DNA from: Escherichia phage vB_EcoP_PE006
Sequence record: OQ938541.1
Length of the DNA: 64,000 nucleotides
Direction: 5' to 3' (one strand)
Part shown: positions 59,154-64,000 of the stretch, in pieces
Position numbering within the stretch: position 1 is the stretch's first letter
Layout: each line of letters opens with the position of its first letter
The notes under the pieces: generated by a model
What the model was told of the DNA's origin: nothing
The model's database searches: none
The model's input: the letters and a program-made list of their open reading frames with translations, nothing else
Made by a program: the position numbers and the translations under genes

Positions 59154-60350
59154 TTAGTAGTTTACAACAGTGCCATCATTCAGGGTAAGGCTATTAATCT
59201 GCAACACACGACCAAGCTGACGATCACTAATCGGTGCGTTCCAGCCAGAGCGGTAGAAGTTACGACCACAGAAGAACAAGATCACATTACTTGCTACAGT
59301 TGAACCGTTCTCAGGGTGCTTGATGTTAGCAATATAATAGCCACGACGTAAAGTACGACGGGTTACAGGGTTGATCTCTAACCCTTGTTCTTCAACTTGC
59401 ATTGTTTCAGGAACAGGTTCCGAAGACTCTTCAGCAACTGGTTCAGCTGTCAATGCAAAGTTCTCGTCATCTGCCGATTCAGCAAATTCTTCTTCCACTT
59501 CTTCAACAGGCAGTTCGTAAGCAACGCGGTAGTCAGGGTCAACACCAGAGAAGCTCTTAACAAACTCAACGATGTTGTGAGTATAAGTTTCCAGAGTTGT
59601 TCCAGTCAGGCCCGGAGCTGTATTAACTTCCAGAACCCATGCGTTAGTACCTTTGCTAATCAGGTCAACAGCACCGAAGTTCAAACCCAGAGCAGATACA
59701 GCTTTGTGAGCTTGAATCAGAACTTGATCAGGAGGGGCTTCAGTGAATGCGTTAGAATAAACCCAACCAGTGTGATGGTTACGAATATCTTCACGATAGC
59801 TTTCCAGTTCACGATAACCGTTACGACGAATCTTCTTCTGAACGTAAGTGATAACACCTTCGAACACATGAACACGCCATTCACGACGCGGGCCTTGAAT
59901 ACCACGGGTATAGAGAGGGGCGGGAGCTATACCTTCACCCGGAAGACGAACAGTGATGCCTTCTCCAGAATGGCCATTCAGAATAGCACGTTCATAAACA
60001 ACACTATCCAGATTCCATTCTGACGCCTGAGCAGCACGGATTGAGTACTCTACAGTGGATACCCCAGCAGCTTCCAAAGTTTGAAATGCTGTAACCTTAT
60101 TAGCTGCTCGGTTCAAGGCAACCACAGAGTTCAACACAGTTGCCCCACCAAAGAAAGAATCGTTGTATCGACGGTTTCCGTAGTTGACAACAATATCACC
60201 AACCCGAGAACGATAACGAGAACCCTCTGATACCAGAGACATTACGTTAGCATTTAAGCGGAGTTCCTGAATCTTAGTATTGATTGCAGAAGTAAGTTCA
60301 CGAACTGAATCAGAAGGGCCATAAGGAAGAACACGGATACGAGTAGTCAT
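59154..60350 (-). CDS. ATP-grasp family ligase
   Basis: GAVDLISKGTNAWVLEVNTAPGLTG resembles the ATP-grasp C-terminal nucleotide-binding block; acidic linker and extra C-terminal domain. Confidence 0.6.
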   Translation of the reverse strand: MTTRIRVLPYGPSDSVRELTSAINTKIQELRLNANVMSLVSEGSRYRSRVGDIVVNYGNRRYNDSFFGGATVLNSVVALNRAANKVTAFQTLEAAGVSTVEYSIRAAQASEWNLDSVVYERAILNGHSGEGITVRLPGEGIAPAPLYTRGIQGPRREWRVHVFEGVITYVQKKIRRNGYRELESYREDIRNHHTGWVYSNAFTEAPPDQVLIQAHKAVSALGLNFGAVDLISKGTNAWVLEVNTAPGLTGTTLETYTHNIVEFVKSFSGVDPDYRVAYELPVEEVEEEFAESADDENFALTAEPVAEESSEPVPETMQVEEQGLEINPVTRRTLRRGYYIANIKHPENGSTVASNVILFFCGRNFYRSGWNAPISDRQLGRVLQINSLTLNDGTVVNY

Positions 60351-60352
60351 TG

Positions 60353-60577
60353 TTAGATACCTTTAAGTTTAAGAATTTCGTTACGAGTTTTTTGAATCTG
60401 AGCTTCAATTTCGAAGTAGTCGTTGAACGCATCGTTCTCTACTTCATCGGATGGTGCATCAATCAGACCGAAAGCGAACGGATACAGCTTTCGCTGCTCC
60501 GTTACTAATTCGATATGAACTCCTATGTAGTACTGTAGGAGAGTGATCTTTGGTTTCTTAGGAACCAGATTTGACAT
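60353..60577 (-). CDS. hypothetical protein (74 aa)
   Basis: Small ORF inside the ligase cluster. Confidence 0.35.
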   Translation of the reverse strand: MSNLVPKKPKITLLQYYIGVHIELVTEQRKLYPFAFGLIDAPSDEVENDAFNDYFEIEAQIQKTRNEILKLKGI

Positions 60578-60791
60578 GAGGTTCTACCTTAATGCCTTTG
60601 ATTTTTACATAATCAGCAAGTACATTATTGATCACAGTTGGGAATGGAACCTCAACCTGTGTCTCAAGTACTTGACCAATACCAGCTTGCATCCACTTCT
60701 GGATTGCACGAAGGTTATCACATCCTGTGCTCGTCATCGGGATACGTCGAGTAGTTACAACGTTATCCAGCATCATCTTACGAATTTCCAT
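60558..60791 (-). CDS. hypothetical protein (77 aa)
   Basis: Small ORF inside the ligase cluster. Confidence 0.35.
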   Translation of the reverse strand: MEIRKMMLDNVVTTRRIPMTSTGCDNLRAIQKWMQAGIGQVLETQVEVPFPTVINNVLADYVKIKGIKVEPHVKSGS

Positions 60792-60793
60792 AC

Positions 60794-62824
60794 TTAACCT
60801 CTATTCAATGAACATTTAGGAGAATTACAATAAACTTGATTCATAGAACCAAGCGTACAACTTTCAGCATCGCGCCACGGAATCTGCTTAAAACACTCTG
60901 AGCAGTAGCCGAGGGTTGACCACATGGCTTTGGTGAAGTCAGTGCTTCGGTTTCCGTCGAAGCTGACAACAGTTTTGCGGAGAGCTGTTCGTGATTCAGG
61001 AAACACACCTGCTTTCTCAGCAGGTTCCTCCTTTTTTGGCTTAGTTGAGATTGCAAAAACACTGTTGCTACGTTTCTCAACATAAGCATCAACAACATCC
61101 TCCAGAGTGATGCCTGTCTGTTTCGCTGAGGAAGGTAATACAGTCATACGACCAATCATATCTTCAGTTACACGTAAAGCAAATTCAGGACGACGGGCGT
61201 TTGTTGTATCTGTTGCTTTAATCCAGATATAACCATCTTTGATCGTAGCATTAGACACTTTCTTCTTTACATCTACAGCGCAGACTTTACAGATATCTTC
61301 ACCACGAAGACGGCTGAGTTCTTCATCAAACTCGTTTTCTGTTTTAACTTCACCACAGATTTCACAAACACCGATAGGAGTTTCCTCCTCTTCTTCATCC
61401 TTTGGTTTAGTCAAACCTTCCAGACATTCAGGGTGCCAGTAGCATTGATATGCGAAGACTGCTTTAGGTGCATCCTTCCAATCAATGTGTTTGTCACAAC
61501 CACCACAATCACCATGAGAGTGCGCTTCCCAGAATTTACGAGTGATAGTAACGCCATTCTTGTTGACGAAACTATCATTCATATCAAAAGGGATATCATC
61601 ATCAAAGTCAGCAGTAGTAGACTCAGGCTCCTTTTTCTCCAGAGATGGGTCAACAAAACGACCTGCTGTGATTACTAAACGAACCATAGCATTAACTTCG
61701 GAGATGCAGGATACTGTCCCACGGTAAACAATTTTAGGGTCTTTCAGGGCATCCTGATAAGCCTTAATGTCTACGTTATGAACATCACCCTCGATATACT
61801 CTTGAGACTTCTCATCGTAGATATAACCGATCATCTTACCACGAGAAGGAACAGCACCAGCTGTTGCATAAGGAACAAACTCATGTGGTGTGATTTCTAC
61901 AGTCATGTCGCGGCGAATGTCAATGTTTCGATCGCTTGCGATTTTGTTTTGACTTACCACTGCGTTTCTTCGACGAACGTCTGCCGCTGTCACTCCCGGC
62001 TTCGTGTCGTAAGGATTGCTTGTACTGCTTTTTGAGGAACTTTGATAGTTGCTTTGGCTGTAGTTGTTCGAGTAGTAATTGCCCCAACGATTGATTACCG
62101 TAAAAACCGGAAGCTCGTGGGCGACCTCTTCAACCAGAGTCATGCTGTTGTTTGACATATCAAAGATATACTCTGTACCAACTTTACATTCAAAGTGCTC
62201 ATCAATTCGGTTCTTGTGAGACTTAGAACGCTTCAGAATCCACATCAACATATCTTCTTCAGAAGCACCAAACCAATCTCTGTTACAACGTGCGAGATGG
62301 AAAGGACGCTCTTCGTTACGGATGATATGAAGGCGGTTATCAGAAGCATCATGCCAGATTAAGGTGAAAGCACCATCCAGCTTTTGAATAGTCTCTGCTG
62401 CACCAATAGTATTAATAGAGTGGCAGATGTTCTCACTATCTACCTCGAAGTTTTTACTGTCAGGTAACAGATCTTGGTCCATCAAGGTTCCGTTATGAAC
62501 CAGAGTGATGTTACCATGTTGGAAAGGATGGGCGTTCTTGGCGTTAACTGCACCTTTCGTTGCATGACGGCTGTGACCAACAATCCATGAAGGTGCTACA
62601 GTGTAAGCTGTTTCACCAGTGGTGTGCTTCTTGTACTCATCTTGAAGGATGAATGCGAAAGAAGGAAGTGCCTCTTTATAAGTGAAGACTTCCTTAGTGC
62701 TCTTACGCTGACCAAAGATACCAGAGGAATGTTGCCCTCGGAATACCCCAGCATAAAAGAGTTGGTTAAATACGTCTAAATCGGTGCTTGACAGATTACC
62801 GCCAGCTAATACGATGCCACAAAT
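60794..62824 (-). CDS. class-II glutamine amidotransferase (Ntn-hydrolase) domain protein with Cys-rich C-terminal zinc-ribbon-like segments; proposed non-canonical ATT start
   Basis: The frame is open 113 codons upstream of the track's TTG start and encodes (I)CGIVLAGG...GHSRHATKG...NAHPF...LVHNGTL, a GAT-II signature with N-terminal Cys. An in-frame TAG lies two codons before the Cys; the only codon before Cys is ATT, with AGGTGG 8 nt upstream. Confidence 0.55.
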   Translation of the reverse strand: MCGIVLAGGNLSSTDLDVFNQLFYAGVFRGQHSSGIFGQRKSTKEVFTYKEALPSFAFILQDEYKKHTTGETAYTVAPSWIVGHSRHATKGAVNAKNAHPFQHGNITLVHNGTLMDQDLLPDSKNFEVDSENICHSINTIGAAETIQKLDGAFTLIWHDASDNRLHIIRNEERPFHLARCNRDWFGASEEDMLMWILKRSKSHKNRIDEHFECKVGTEYIFDMSNNSMTLVEEVAHELPVFTVINRWGNYYSNNYSQSNYQSSSKSSTSNPYDTKPGVTAADVRRRNAVVSQNKIASDRNIDIRRDMTVEITPHEFVPYATAGAVPSRGKMIGYIYDEKSQEYIEGDVHNVDIKAYQDALKDPKIVYRGTVSCISEVNAMVRLVITAGRFVDPSLEKKEPESTTADFDDDIPFDMNDSFVNKNGVTITRKFWEAHSHGDCGGCDKHIDWKDAPKAVFAYQCYWHPECLEGLTKPKDEEEEETPIGVCEICGEVKTENEFDEELSRLRGEDICKVCAVDVKKKVSNATIKDGYIWIKATDTTNARRPEFALRVTEDMIGRMTVLPSSAKQTGITLEDVVDAYVEKRSNSVFAISTKPKKEEPAEKAGVFPESRTALRKTVVSFDGNRSTDFTKAMWSTLGYCSECFKQIPWRDAESCTLGSMNQVYCNSPKCSLNRG

Positions 62825-62903
62825 TTTCTAATCCACCTGAAGGGTAAACCCTTTCATCTAATTAACCTTTAAATTGTGCCCCTTTATCAGAGGCACCCAT
62901 TGA

Positions 62904-63878
62904 TTACAGCGCTTGCTCTAACTGATTTTCCAGATGATCTGGAATGTACCCTGTGATATTGCTATCGCTGTGACCTGACTCACGCAGTAAGTCAAAGATA
63001 GCACGGATACGTTGTTCTGGAGCGTGTCTTACTTGAGACAGGTCAGTTGTACGAAGCATAACCAGAATCTCTTGGTATAAGTTGTTAGCGTTCCCTCGGA
63101 TATACCCAAGGAATCCGTAGAAGTCTGACATATAACGTAAGTCAACAAGAACATCTCCGTTGGAGTTGGTTCGACGTAAACGAATACGACCAGACTGCTC
63201 TACTCCATGAGAACGACAATACAAAACATCACGGGCCATACAATACCCTGAATGCAAATCCGATTCGTCCAGATTGTAATCCAGAGGAAGGTAAGTAAGC
63301 ATTGGGGCAAATCGTACAGTATTTAAATGCTCAATAAACTGATCATTGCTCATCTCTGCGTTATCTAATGCAAGCTTCTTCAACATCAAGAAGCGGTTAA
63401 CCAGATTGAGAAGTTGACCACGTTTCCACTTAGGCTCACTGATACGGAACTCAATCGAACCATATTGGGCAAGTGGCAGAAGGTTCAGAGATGTATACTT
63501 ATCCCATGAACGAACCAGACGGTTGAAGAACTCTTCATCGTCGTAGTTAAATGCGTCAGAGGCATTCATTACCTGTGCTTGTACCACTGCGAAAGCAGGG
63601 CAGAAGTTGCTACGGTAACGATGGTAGCCTGAACACTTGAACAACATCTTTTCATAGAAGGTCCAAGCGAGAATGGTTTTCTTGAGGATATTACTATCAG
63701 CATCCCTCATATCCATATGAACGTGAGTAGAGCAACGCCAAGTCCCCTCGGCGTGCGATTCAGCTACTGCTTCACTCAGGTTGTTGATAGCGTCTAACAA
63801 CTCCTGTCCGTTGTAAGGTCGTGAACATACCATTTCACAACCATTACGCAGGGAACCATCCTCTGTACAATCCCACAT
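62904..63878 (-). CDS. hypothetical protein (324 aa), part of the ATP-grasp/amidotransferase cluster; possible amide ligase by context only
   Basis: Conserved-looking ORF (EGTWRCSTHVHMD...); family not identified from sequence. Confidence 0.4.
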   Translation of the reverse strand: MWDCTEDGSLRNGCEMVCSRPYNGQELLDAINNLSEAVAESHAEGTWRCSTHVHMDMRDADSNILKKTILAWTFYEKMLFKCSGYHRYRSNFCPAFAVVQAQVMNASDAFNYDDEEFFNRLVRSWDKYTSLNLLPLAQYGSIEFRISEPKWKRGQLLNLVNRFLMLKKLALDNAEMSNDQFIEHLNTVRFAPMLTYLPLDYNLDESDLHSGYCMARDVLYCRSHGVEQSGRIRLRRTNSNGDVLVDLRYMSDFYGFLGYIRGNANNLYQEILVMLRTTDLSQVRHAPEQRIRAIFDLLRESGHSDSNITGYIPDHLENQLEQAL

Positions 63879-64000
63879 ATCTACTTCGATATGATCGGAA
63901 CCTTCGAGTTCAAGTTCAATACCGACACCGCACTGAAGTGCAATTGAACTATGCGCCTCAGTTAAACGACCTTCTCGATATCCAAAAGTTTGCGCTACAG

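Noticed and set aside
59385-60023. 212-aa plus-strand ORF antisense to the ATP-grasp gene
   Set aside because: Embedded within a motif-supported minus-strand gene; no RBS or motif.

Overview
This window reads as most of a virulent tailed dsDNA phage genome, with no integrase, transposase, tRNA or CRISPR array recognised. Layout: (i) 1-2.3 kb, small minus-strand genes of unknown function; (ii) 2.3-6.8 kb, an almost non-coding region with several repeat/iteron families and one small minus-strand cassette encoding a secreted protein; (iii) 6.8-36.85 kb, a plus-strand virion module: putative small terminase, large terminase, portal, scaffold, major capsid protein with a candidate -1 frameshift extension into Ig-like domains, tail fibers (one with a C-terminal intramolecular-chaperone domain), GH24 lysozyme, lytic transglycosylase, Gln/Asn-rich internal proteins and a giant ~1500-aa protein, closed by a bidirectional terminator near 36.86 kb; (iv) 37-64 kb, a minus-strand replication and nucleotide-metabolism module: T7-like DNA polymerase encoded in separate pieces with an HNH endonuclease insertion, primase-helicase, 5'-3' exonuclease, SSB, ECF-like sigma factor, PhoH, ThyX-like, dCTP deaminase, thioredoxin, Dps-like protein, a nucleotidyltransferase, families of small paralogs, and an ATP-grasp / class-II amidotransferase / GGCT-like cluster. 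A recurring TAATGTATA motif sits 34-59 nt upstream of several starts on both strands; together with the sigma-factor gene this resembles what I recall of phiEco32-like coliphages, but I could not run a search, so that attribution is tentative. All calls rest on motif recognition in the supplied translations and manual reading; hand-derived coordinates (sites, promoters, terminators, revised starts, ORFs below the track cut-off) may be off by a few nt.
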